From positions 64,001-128,000 of IMG/VR virus record IMGVR_UViG_3300035670_000026: a stretch of DNA of 64,000 nt. One strand, 5' to 3'. This DNA comes from a virus. Both the position numbers and the translations under genes were made by a program. Each line of letters starts with the position of its first letter. The stretch's first letter is position 1. A model generated the notes under the pieces. It worked only from the letters and a program-made list of their open reading frames with translations. It was not told the origin of the DNA and did no database searches. Positions 9,900 to 18,494 of the stretch are shown one piece after another.

Positions 9900-12800
9900 A
9901 TGGCTAAAAATGTAACCATAATACCAGGTTCGGGTTCGTTAGAATTTACAGATTCTAATGGCAAGTCAATTAAAATGGTTCTTACCGGATCATTAAATGA
10001 CACTTTAATGTTTGTAAGTGGTAGTGTTCCTATTATGGAAATAAATCCCACTAATGGTTTGGATACAAATAAACCTCCTAAATTTAATGAGGTACCAGAA
10101 GACAATAATTTACCAAATTACCTTGTATACAACGTAAATAATGGGTCTATAGGTTATAGATCAATAGCAAATGGTTCATCTGGTACAGCAGGTACTACAG
10201 GCACTAGTGGACCAAGTAGAACATCAGGCACATCAGGCACATCAGGAACAAACGGTTCTGCTGGTACAAATGGAGCATCAGGAGCAAGCCGTACTTCAGG
10301 TACATCAGGAACAAGTGGTACAGCAGGTAGTGCGGGTACTAGTGGTGCTGCACGGACAGCAGGTTCAAGCTCAGCATCACAAACTTCAGGTACAAGTGGT
10401 ACAAGCGGTACTTCAGGAGCTACTCAAAACGCTGGTTCTAGTTCTGCATCACGGACTTCAGGTACATCCGGTACTAGTGGAACAAATGGTTCTACAGGTA
10501 CAAATGGAGCCGCAGGTGCTTCAGGTACTTCTAGAACCTCAGGTACTAGTGGTACAAATGGTAGTGCTGGTACAAATGGTAATGCCGGTGTCTCAGGGGC
10601 TAGTTCAACCTCAGGTACTTCAGGGACTAGTGGTTCCTCAGGCACTTCAGGTTTAGCACAGACCGCAGGTTCAAGCTCAAACAGCCGGACTTCAGGTACA
10701 AGTGGTACAAGCGGTACTTCAGGTGCTGCACGGAATGCTGGTACAAGCTCTGCATCTCAAACCTCAGGAACCTCAGGTACAAGCGGTACAAATGGTAGTA
10801 TAGGTACAGGAGGTGCAGCTGGAGCATCAGGACAATCACGGACTTCTGGTACAAGCGGAACTTCAGGTACAGCAGGTAGCGCAGGTACTTCAGGTGCTTC
10901 ACGTACTGCCGGTTCAAGCTCATCTTCACAAACCTCAGGAACTAGTGGTACAAGTGGTACCTCAGGAGCAACCCAATCTGCAGGTTCAAGCTCAGCATCA
11001 CAAACTTCAGGTACAAGCGGCACAAGCGGTACTAATGGTAGTGCTGGTACAAACGGAATAGCAGGAGCATCAGGTGTAAGCCGAACTTCAGGAACGTCAG
11101 GAACAAATGGCTCAAATGGTACTTCAGGTGCTAATGGGGCTTCAGGAAATAGTAGAACCTCAGGAACTAGTGGTACAAGCGGTACTAATGGTTCATCAGG
11201 TACAAATGGTAACGCAGGTGTTTCAGGAGTTTCTCCAACCTCAGGTACAAGTGGAACTAGTGGTTCTTCAGGAACAAGTGGTTTAGCACAGACCGCAGGT
11301 TCAAGCTCAAACAGCCGGACTTCAGGTACAAGTGGTACCTCAGGTACATCAGGAGCTGCACGGAATGCAGGTTCAAGTTCTGCAAGCTTTACTTCAGGTA
11401 CAAGTGGTACCTCAGGAACAAATGGTAGTGCAGGTACAGGAGGTGCAGCTGGAGCATCAGGACAATCACGAACTTCTGGTACTTCAGGAACAAACGGTTC
11501 AGCAGGTACAAACGGAGCTTCAGGAGCTTCACGAACTTCAGGCACTAGTGGTACTTCAGGTACAGCAGGTAGCGCAGGTACTTCAGGTGCTGCACGGACA
11601 GCAGGTTCAAGTTCATCATCTCAAACCTCAGGTACAACAGGTACAAGTGGTACCTCAGGAGCAACCCAATCTGCAGGTTCAAGTTCTGCATCACGGACTT
11701 CAGGTACTTCCGGTACCTCAGGTACAAATGGTTCAGCTGGTACTAATGGCAACGCCGGTGCTTCAGGCGTAAGCCGGACTTCAGGTACTTCAGGTACAAA
11801 TGGTTCAAGTGGTACTTCAGGAGCAAATGGTGCCTCTGGAGTATCAAGAACTTCCGGAACTAGTGGTACTAATGGCTCTTCAGGTACAAGTGGTAATGCT
11901 GGAGCTTCAGGAGTTGCTTCAACTTCAGGCACAAGTGGTACTTCAGGTTCTTCAGGTACTTCAGGTTTAGCACGAACAGCAGGACAAAGTACCTCATCTC
12001 AAACCTCAGGTACAAGTGGTACAAATGGTTCAAGTGGTGCTGGTAGAACAGCTGGTACAAGTTCAGCATCACAAACTTCAGGTACAAGCGGCACAAGCGG
12101 TACTTCAGGTGCTGTACAAACAGCAGGTTCAAGCTCAAACAGTCGGACTTCAGGTACAACAGGTACTTCAGGAACATCAGGTGCAAACCAAAATGCTGGT
12201 TCAAGCTCAGCATCACGGACTTCAGGTACATCAGGTACTTCAGGTACAAATGGTAGTTCGGGTACTTCAGGTATTTCAGGTGCTGCTGGTGTAAGTGGAG
12301 CAAGCCAAACCTCAGGTACAACAGGTACAAGTGGTACCTCAGGAGCAACCCAATCTGCAGGTTCAAGTTCTGCATCACGGACTTCAGGAACAAGTGGCAC
12401 TTCAGGAACGTCAGGAGCTACACGGACATCAGGTTCAAGTTCATTATCACAAACCTCAGGTACAAGTGGTACAAATGGTTCAAGTGGTGCTGGTAGAACA
12501 GCTGGTACAAGTACCGCCTCTCAAACTAGTGGTACAAGTGGTACAAGTGGTACAGGAGGTGCAACTACAAACGCAGGTGCTAGTTCAGCATCACGGACTT
12601 CAGGCACAAGTGGTACTAGCGGTACTTCTGGACAAGGACGGAGTGCAGGTACAAGTACAGCAAGTTTTACCTCAGGCACATCAGGTACAAGTGGTTCAAC
12701 AGGTGCTGCACGTACTGCAGGACAAAGTACAGCATCACAAACCTCAGGTACTTCAGGTTCAAGTGGAACATCAGGTGCGGCCACAGTCGCAGGTTCAAGT

Positions 12801-13328
12801 TCAAACAGCCGAACTTCAGGTACAACAGGTACTTCAGGAACATCAGGTGCTGCTAGAACAGCTGGACAAAGTTCAGCAAGCCGGACTTCAGGAACCAATG
12901 GTACATCAGGTACTTCAGGTGCTGCAAGAACTTCAGGTACAAGTTCAGCTTCTGGAACTTCAGGAACAAGTGGCGTATCAGGTACCTCAGGTTTATCATT
13001 TAATGGTACTAGTGGTATTAGTGGTGGTGTATTTACTAACCAACCAGATTATTTAGTTAAAACTACAGGAACAACTACAATACAAAGTGTATCATTTTTA
13101 TCAGTTTCAGGTGCTACTTTAAATGTAACAGGTACTGTTGCTACTAGTTTTTTACAAGTAGATAATGCAGGTGGGTTTTTTAATTTTCAACCCCCAGGTG
13201 GTCCTAACGGAGTAGATCAAGTTTATACAAATATAAACCCAAATTTTGTATTAGGTGAACCAGATGTTTGGTTGATAGTAAACGTAAATGGAATTGATTA
13301 TGTATTTCCGGGATATGCAGCTCCGTAA
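9900..13328 (+). CDS. Second Gly-Thr-Ser repeat fibre-like protein (1142 aa)
   Basis: About 90-aa unique N-terminus, about 950 aa of GTS/GSS/SRT triplets and about 100-aa unique C-terminus; ATATTTATA upstream. Confidence 0.75.
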   Translation: MAKNVTIIPGSGSLEFTDSNGKSIKMVLTGSLNDTLMFVSGSVPIMEINPTNGLDTNKPPKFNEVPEDNNLPNYLVYNVNNGSIGYRSIANGSSGTAGTTGTSGPSRTSGTSGTSGTNGSAGTNGASGASRTSGTSGTSGTAGSAGTSGAARTAGSSSASQTSGTSGTSGTSGATQNAGSSSASRTSGTSGTSGTNGSTGTNGAAGASGTSRTSGTSGTNGSAGTNGNAGVSGASSTSGTSGTSGSSGTSGLAQTAGSSSNSRTSGTSGTSGTSGAARNAGTSSASQTSGTSGTSGTNGSIGTGGAAGASGQSRTSGTSGTSGTAGSAGTSGASRTAGSSSSSQTSGTSGTSGTSGATQSAGSSSASQTSGTSGTSGTNGSAGTNGIAGASGVSRTSGTSGTNGSNGTSGANGASGNSRTSGTSGTSGTNGSSGTNGNAGVSGVSPTSGTSGTSGSSGTSGLAQTAGSSSNSRTSGTSGTSGTSGAARNAGSSSASFTSGTSGTSGTNGSAGTGGAAGASGQSRTSGTSGTNGSAGTNGASGASRTSGTSGTSGTAGSAGTSGAARTAGSSSSSQTSGTTGTSGTSGATQSAGSSSASRTSGTSGTSGTNGSAGTNGNAGASGVSRTSGTSGTNGSSGTSGANGASGVSRTSGTSGTNGSSGTSGNAGASGVASTSGTSGTSGSSGTSGLARTAGQSTSSQTSGTSGTNGSSGAGRTAGTSSASQTSGTSGTSGTSGAVQTAGSSSNSRTSGTTGTSGTSGANQNAGSSSASRTSGTSGTSGTNGSSGTSGISGAAGVSGASQTSGTTGTSGTSGATQSAGSSSASRTSGTSGTSGTSGATRTSGSSSLSQTSGTSGTNGSSGAGRTAGTSTASQTSGTSGTSGTGGATTNAGASSASRTSGTSGTSGTSGQGRSAGTSTASFTSGTSGTSGSTGAARTAGQSTASQTSGTSGSSGTSGAATVAGSSSNSRTSGTTGTSGTSGAARTAGQSSASRTSGTNGTSGTSGAARTSGTSSASGTSGTSGVSGTSGLSFNGTSGISGGVFTNQPDYLVKTTGTTTIQSVSFLSVSGATLNVTGTVATSFLQVDNAGGFFNFQPPGGPNGVDQVYTNINPNFVLGEPDVWLIVNVNGIDYVFPGYAAP
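10170..13025 (+). repeat. Degenerate Gly-X-Y coding tandem repeat
   Basis: Same 9-nt periodicity as the first repeat; recurrent blocks AGSSSASQTSGTSG and SRTSGTSG. Confidence 0.95.
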
Positions 13329-13334
13329 TTAAAC

Positions 13335-13363
13335 TTGGATATTTAAATATTTTTATTTATATT
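13335..13363 (+). promoter_or_regulatory. TTGG-N19-TATATT promoter for the glycosylation cassette
   Basis: TTGG at 13335-13338 and TATATT at 13358-13363; the same spacing occurs at nine other sites upstream of gene starts. Confidence 0.65.
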
Positions 13364-13381
13364 TATTGGAAATATTCTGTT

Positions 13382-15373
13382 ATGAAAAAATTGTTATATA
13401 TTGCTCCACATTTATCTACAGGTGGACTACCTCAATATTTAACTAAAAAAATTGAATTACTTAAAGATGAATTCGACATCTACCTTGTAGAATGGGCAGA
13501 TGTTACGGGTGGTGTTTTAGTAGTAACACGAAATAAAATTCTTAAATTAGTTAAACCTGATAATTTTTTTACATTAGGTGAAAATAAAATAGAATTAATT
13601 GATATAATTAATCGTGTTCAACCCGATATTGTTCATACTGAAGAAATTCCTGAGTTTTATATGGATTTTGATGTAGCATCTAAATTATATAAAACAGACC
13701 GCAAATATATTATTGTAGAAACCTCACACGATTCATCATTTGATACAACCCAGAAAAAATTTTACCCAGATAAATTTATGTTTGTATCAAATTGGCAAAT
13801 TGAACAATATAAAGATATTGATATTCCACGCGTATTAGTCGAATATCCTATCGAATATATTGAACGCCCTAACCGCGAAGAGGCACTGCGTAAATTACAA
13901 TTAGACCCCGCTAAAAAACACATTTTACACGTTGGGTTATATACCTCTCGCAAAAATCAAGCTGAATTTTTTGAATATGCTCGTTCAATGCCTGAATATG
14001 AATTTCATAGTTTAGGTAATAGAGCTGATAATTTTAAATGGTATTGGGAACCATTATCTAATGATACTCCTCCAAATTTAACCTGGTGGAATGAACGCAC
14101 AGATGTAGATGCTTTTTATCAAGCAATGGATTTATTTTTATTTACATCTCGTGGTTCAGCAAATGATAAAGAAACAATGCCTTTAGTTATTCGTGAAGCA
14201 ATTTCATACCAAACTCCAGTTTTGATTTATAATTTAGGTGTTTATCAAAATTATTTTGATAAATTTAAAGGAGTAAAATATCTTGAATTTGATAATTTTG
14301 AAAAAAATTGTGAATTAATTAAAGAAGTTGTAGAAACAAAAGAAACAATCGATATTGAACAAGAAGCAATTATTATTTCTACATATCCTATTCAACAAAG
14401 TGTAATAGATTCTACAAAAGAATGCATTGAATCTTTTAAACAAACAGGAAGAAAAATTATATTAACTTCTCACGTTCCTATTCCTGAAGAATTACAAGAA
14501 TTAGTTGATTATTGTGTTTATGATAAAAATAATTTATTAACTAAACACGATTTTTATTATCATTGCTGGGTTGATTATGGACATTTTAAAGTAAATACAA
14601 TTTTACAAGGTGAAGACAATGATGTTTATCATGGTCCTGCTGTTTATACAAATTATTATAACGCAGCTTCATTAGCAAAAAATATAGGAACTAAAAAATT
14701 ATTTTTTATTAATTACGACTATATCCTTACTAACCCAGAATTTATAAATGAAATTTCTTTTAAATTAAATAAGAAAAAAGCATTTGTTGATGAAAGAAAA
14801 TATTCAGAGGGTGAAGTAAGTAGTACTTTCTTTATAGGTATTCAAACAGATTTATTCTTTAAAACTCACGAATTTATTTCTACAGCTGCTGGATATGATA
14901 ATTTAAAACATAAAGTAGGTAGTTTATCTAATGGTTATGAAAATATATTCTATTTTGCTTTACAACCTTTTAGAAATCAAATTCATATAGAATCAGCTGA
15001 AAATTGGGATAAATTAATTAGTGAAAATTTTAAACACAATAATTTTTCTCGTATAGAATATACTACTGTTTTACCAACTAATGTTGAAAATCATTTTGCT
15101 ATTTACTATCAAAATTCAAATGAAGTAGATAGTAGAAATTTAGTTGTAAGCGCTATAGAAGAAGGACAAGAAATTTTTAATGAAACTATTAACATTACTA
15201 GTAAATTTGCTTGGTATAGACTTCATCAAATCAATGATAAAGAACTTATAATTAATTTTGAGTTTTATGATGCTCATAATAATAAGTTTTTAAGTAAAAA
15301 AACTATTGTTGTAAATAAAGATTACATTGATAATAAATTACAAACAAACGGACTTTTAGAAAAAGTATTATGA
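13382..15373 (+). CDS. GT-B (GT4-like) glycosyltransferase with additional C-terminal domain
   Basis: HLSTGGLPQY N-terminal motif; HVGLYTSRKNQ; FYQAMDLFLFTS...ETMPLVIREAIS (E-X7-E). Confidence 0.85.
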   Translation: MKKLLYIAPHLSTGGLPQYLTKKIELLKDEFDIYLVEWADVTGGVLVVTRNKILKLVKPDNFFTLGENKIELIDIINRVQPDIVHTEEIPEFYMDFDVASKLYKTDRKYIIVETSHDSSFDTTQKKFYPDKFMFVSNWQIEQYKDIDIPRVLVEYPIEYIERPNREEALRKLQLDPAKKHILHVGLYTSRKNQAEFFEYARSMPEYEFHSLGNRADNFKWYWEPLSNDTPPNLTWWNERTDVDAFYQAMDLFLFTSRGSANDKETMPLVIREAISYQTPVLIYNLGVYQNYFDKFKGVKYLEFDNFEKNCELIKEVVETKETIDIEQEAIIISTYPIQQSVIDSTKECIESFKQTGRKIILTSHVPIPEELQELVDYCVYDKNNLLTKHDFYYHCWVDYGHFKVNTILQGEDNDVYHGPAVYTNYYNAASLAKNIGTKKLFFINYDYILTNPEFINEISFKLNKKKAFVDERKYSEGEVSSTFFIGIQTDLFFKTHEFISTAAGYDNLKHKVGSLSNGYENIFYFALQPFRNQIHIESAENWDKLISENFKHNNFSRIEYTTVLPTNVENHFAIYYQNSNEVDSRNLVVSAIEEGQEIFNETINITSKFAWYRLHQINDKELIINFEFYDAHNNKFLSKKTIVVNKDYIDNKLQTNGLLEKVL

Positions 15374-16317
15374 AAATATGCCAAGTAAATCCAGGTTGTG
15401 GTATTCCTATTCCTCCTCCAGCATGGGGAGCAATTGAAAAAATTGTATGGGAATTTATGTGCAATCTAAAAAAATTAGGACACGAAGTAGATTTAAAATG
15501 GGCCAATGAAGTACAACCAGGTGAATATGATGTTGTGATGGTTCACGTTGCTAATTTAGCAATTGAATTAGCTAACAGAGGTATTCCCTATGTATTTCAA
15601 CATCACGACCACCATGCATATCATTACGGAAAAGATTCATTTATTTATAAAGAAAATAGAGAAGCAATGGAACGCTCTGTTTTTTCTTTAGTTCCTGCTC
15701 GTTATTTAGTTGAATATTTTGATTTACCTAATGTGTATTATTTTTCACACGGGGCGGATACAAAAAGTTTTTATCCAAATCAAACACCTCCATTAATGCA
15801 TAATTTATTAATGGTTGCAAATAATGGTTTAGGTGGTTATGGAGCATATGATAGAAAAGGATTTGGATTAGGAGTCCAAATAGCAATGTCTCGTAATTTA
15901 CCTATTACAATTGCTGGTCCTAAAAATAATGAAAAATGGCTTAAAGATAATCCTTGGGTATTAGGTTATCCTAAATTAACAATGGCTTGGGATATTCCAA
16001 ATGAGGAATTAAGACAACTTTATACATCACATACAATATTTTTACATCCAAGTGAATTAGAAGCTGGACATCCTAATTTAACCTTACTAGAGGCAGCAGC
16101 TTGTGGTTTACCTATTTTAGGATGGATTGAGATGGAAACTACATTTCATGGATTATGGAGAGCACCTCGTGATTTAAACTTGCTTCTTAAAGGATTAGAT
16201 GTTATTATTAATGAATATGGAGACTATAGACAACGTTCACTTAATACAGCAAAAGAATTATCATGGTTAAATCGCTCAAAAGAATTAATAGAATTATTTA
16301 AAAAACATGCGCACTAA
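15370..16317 (+). CDS. GT4-family glycosyltransferase
   Basis: IPPPAWGAIEKIV; RKG; FLHPSELEAGHPNLTLLEAAACGLPI. Confidence 0.9.
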   Translation: MKICQVNPGCGIPIPPPAWGAIEKIVWEFMCNLKKLGHEVDLKWANEVQPGEYDVVMVHVANLAIELANRGIPYVFQHHDHHAYHYGKDSFIYKENREAMERSVFSLVPARYLVEYFDLPNVYYFSHGADTKSFYPNQTPPLMHNLLMVANNGLGGYGAYDRKGFGLGVQIAMSRNLPITIAGPKNNEKWLKDNPWVLGYPKLTMAWDIPNEELRQLYTSHTIFLHPSELEAGHPNLTLLEAAACGLPILGWIEMETTFHGLWRAPRDLNLLLKGLDVIINEYGDYRQRSLNTAKELSWLNRSKELIELFKKHAH

Positions 16318-16993
16318 ATTTTATACAAAAAACGACCAAATAATTGATATTTCAACTTGGGATACATCCTTAAGCCAAAATGAAATGGGAGATAAATATG
16401 GTTGGGAAGGATCTATGGCTTTTGGAAATTTAATTCACGATGAATTAAATCAATGGGGTCCTGGTATGCAATATGGAGATATTTATCTTGATTTAGGAGC
16501 AAATATTGGTATGTCTGCTCTTAGAGCAGAATCAAAAGGTTGCTCAAAAATATACTGTGTAGAACCAGACCCAGGAGTATTTGAAGCTTTAAATAAAAAT
16601 AAAAACTATAATTGGATTGTTGATAATATAGCTATTGGTTCCGAAAGAGGATACATTGACATTCCAAAATGGCCTAACTGGTGGGATACTCAACCTATCC
16701 AATGTATTACTTTAGATGAATTTTTTGCAAAACATAATCTTACAAAAGTAGATTACATGAAAGTTGATATTGAAGGACATGAAAAATATGTTTTTAATAA
16801 TGTTAGTCAAATTACATGGGATAAAATTAATAAAATATTTTTTGAATTTCATGAAGATGTAGATACATTAAGCACTGAACAACGAAATGAAGAAAGAATA
16901 AAATTCTGCCAATTCTATTCAGATAAAGGTTTTAATAATCATCATGTCGATTTAGGATACTATCAAAGTTTTATTTATTTTTGGAAATCATGA
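16307..16993 (+). CDS. FkbM-family SAM methyltransferase
   Basis: YLDLGANIG, CVEPDP, ITLDEF, VDYMKVDIEGHE and FEFH motifs. Confidence 0.9.
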   Translation: MRTKFYTKNDQIIDISTWDTSLSQNEMGDKYGWEGSMAFGNLIHDELNQWGPGMQYGDIYLDLGANIGMSALRAESKGCSKIYCVEPDPGVFEALNKNKNYNWIVDNIAIGSERGYIDIPKWPNWWDTQPIQCITLDEFFAKHNLTKVDYMKVDIEGHEKYVFNNVSQITWDKINKIFFEFHEDVDTLSTEQRNEERIKFCQFYSDKGFNNHHVDLGYYQSFIYFWKS

Positions 16994-18192
16994 AAGAAGT
17001 TTTAATAAACGAATATAACAATACTGAAATTTTAAGGATATCTCATAGAGAACCTGAAAATACTTTTAATATTAATTTTTTAGATGGACCTTTTGTAGAA
17101 GTTTTAGGTCCTTTACAAAAAGAATATCTTATTAAATTTGTTAATACTAAAACTAATCGTGTTTTATTCGAGAATACTATTACTAATAATATGTGGACTC
17201 GTTCTAATATAAAATACTTAGTTAAATGGCGTATTGAAATTTATGATAAAAAAACAGGTGAAAAAATTATTGAACATACATTTAATCCTCAAGGAAAACG
17301 AGTTTATATTCATTTAGATTCATCTGCTGTAGGTGATACATTAGCATGGTTTCCTCTTATTGAAGAATTTAGAAAAGAAAATAATTGTGAAGTAGCTTGT
17401 TCAACTTTTCATAATGAATGGTTTGAAAAAAACTACCCTAAATTAGAATTTATAAAACCAGGTACTGAAGTACGTGATTTATATGCTATGTTTACTATTG
17501 GGTGGTTTTATGATAATAAAAAAGTTGTATTTGATAGAACACCAATTGATTTTAAAAAATATCCTTTACAACAAACCGCTACAGAAATTTTAGGATTAAA
17601 ATATAAAGAAGTTAAACCTCAATTAGTAACTCCTGAACGAAAAACAGATATTGAAGGAAAATATGTTGTAATTGCTCCCCATGCTTCAGCACATGCTAAG
17701 TATTGGATGTATCCAGGAGGATGGCAAACAGTTATTGATTATTTAAACGAAAAAGGATATAAAGTAGCAATGATTACTGGTGAACCTTTAAATGATGATT
17801 GGCACGATTCAAAACTTGGAGGTACATTAACTGGAGTAATCGATAAAACAGGATTTCACATTGATTTAGAAGATAGAATGATAGACATTCGTGATGCTTC
17901 TGCTTTTATTGGTTTAGGAAGTGGATTAAGTTGGTTATCTTGGGCATTAAATACTCCTACAGTTTTAATTTCCGGATTTAGTTATCCATATACTGAATTT
18001 CAGGATTGTGAAAGAATTTACCCTAAAGATCCTAAAACATGTAGAGGATGTTTTAACCGCCATTGGTTAAACCCAGGAGATTGGGAATGGTGTCCTGATC
18101 ATAAAAATACTCCTCGTCAATTTGAATGTACAAAAGTTATTGAACCTTCTCAAATAATAGAATCTCTTAATAAACTTCTTAATATTTATTAA
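16990..18192 (+). CDS. Autotransporter heptosyltransferase-like (TibC/Aah, BAHT) protein O-glycosyltransferase
   Basis: SAVGDTLAWFP, PLQQTATEILGL, AKYW..PGGWQTVIDYL, FIGLGSGLSWLSWALNTPTVLISGFSYPYTEF, and the four-Cys iron finger CRGCFN...WCPDHKNTPRQFECTK. ATG at 16990. Confidence 0.85.
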   Translation: MKEVLINEYNNTEILRISHREPENTFNINFLDGPFVEVLGPLQKEYLIKFVNTKTNRVLFENTITNNMWTRSNIKYLVKWRIEIYDKKTGEKIIEHTFNPQGKRVYIHLDSSAVGDTLAWFPLIEEFRKENNCEVACSTFHNEWFEKNYPKLEFIKPGTEVRDLYAMFTIGWFYDNKKVVFDRTPIDFKKYPLQQTATEILGLKYKEVKPQLVTPERKTDIEGKYVVIAPHASAHAKYWMYPGGWQTVIDYLNEKGYKVAMITGEPLNDDWHDSKLGGTLTGVIDKTGFHIDLEDRMIDIRDASAFIGLGSGLSWLSWALNTPTVLISGFSYPYTEFQDCERIYPKDPKTCRGCFNRHWLNPGDWEWCPDHKNTPRQFECTKVIEPSQIIESLNKLLNIY

Positions 18193-18193
18193 C

Positions 18194-18442
18194 ATGGAAA
18201 ATAAAGTTTTAACACCAGAAGAGTTATCTAAATTACAAGAACTAAATAATAAAAGAGGAGATTTAGTTGAACGTTTTGGAGTTATCGAAATCAATATTCA
18301 AGATTTAGAACTTCAAAAAGAACAATTAATCGAAGAGTTATCACAAATTAAAAAAGCCGAGTTAGAAATTGGAGCTTTGTTACAACAAAAATATGGTGAT
18401 TCAAACATAAATTTATCCACCGGAGAAATAACTCCAAGATAA
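18194..18442 (+). CDS. Small coiled-coil hypothetical protein
   Basis: Heptad-rich 82 aa ending in YGDSNINLSTGEI; directly upstream of the sheath gene. Confidence 0.7.
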   Translation: MENKVLTPEELSKLQELNNKRGDLVERFGVIEINIQDLELQKEQLIEELSQIKKAELEIGALLQQKYGDSNINLSTGEITPR

Positions 18443-18461
18443 TATTTTGAAAAGACTTAAC

Positions 18462-18470
18462 ATATTTATA
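18462..18470 (+). promoter_or_regulatory. ATATTTATA putative late promoter (representative copy)
   Basis: Copies at 2144, 9879, 18462, 20241, 20812, 21877, 24503, 39373 and 60259 (+) and 41012-41020 (-), each shortly before a start codon in the same orientation. Confidence 0.7.
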
Positions 18471-18494
18471 ACAAAACATTAACATAATCTAACA

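Noticed and set aside
2535-13025. Possible CRISPR array or non-coding satellite
   Set aside because: No constant repeat with unique spacers; variation is concentrated at synonymous positions within one long open frame, so the repeat is protein-coding.
2532-13056. Dozens of alternative-frame and antisense ORFs (VPEVPLVP..., QVLQVQ..., YLKYH...)
   Set aside because: They are shadows of the GGT-ACT-TCA repeat, which lacks stops in several frames; they have no independent start context or unique domains.
2171-13328. Classical collagen annotation
   Set aside because: Pro is nearly absent and the Gly position is regularly replaced by bulky residues, which is incompatible with a continuous triple helix.
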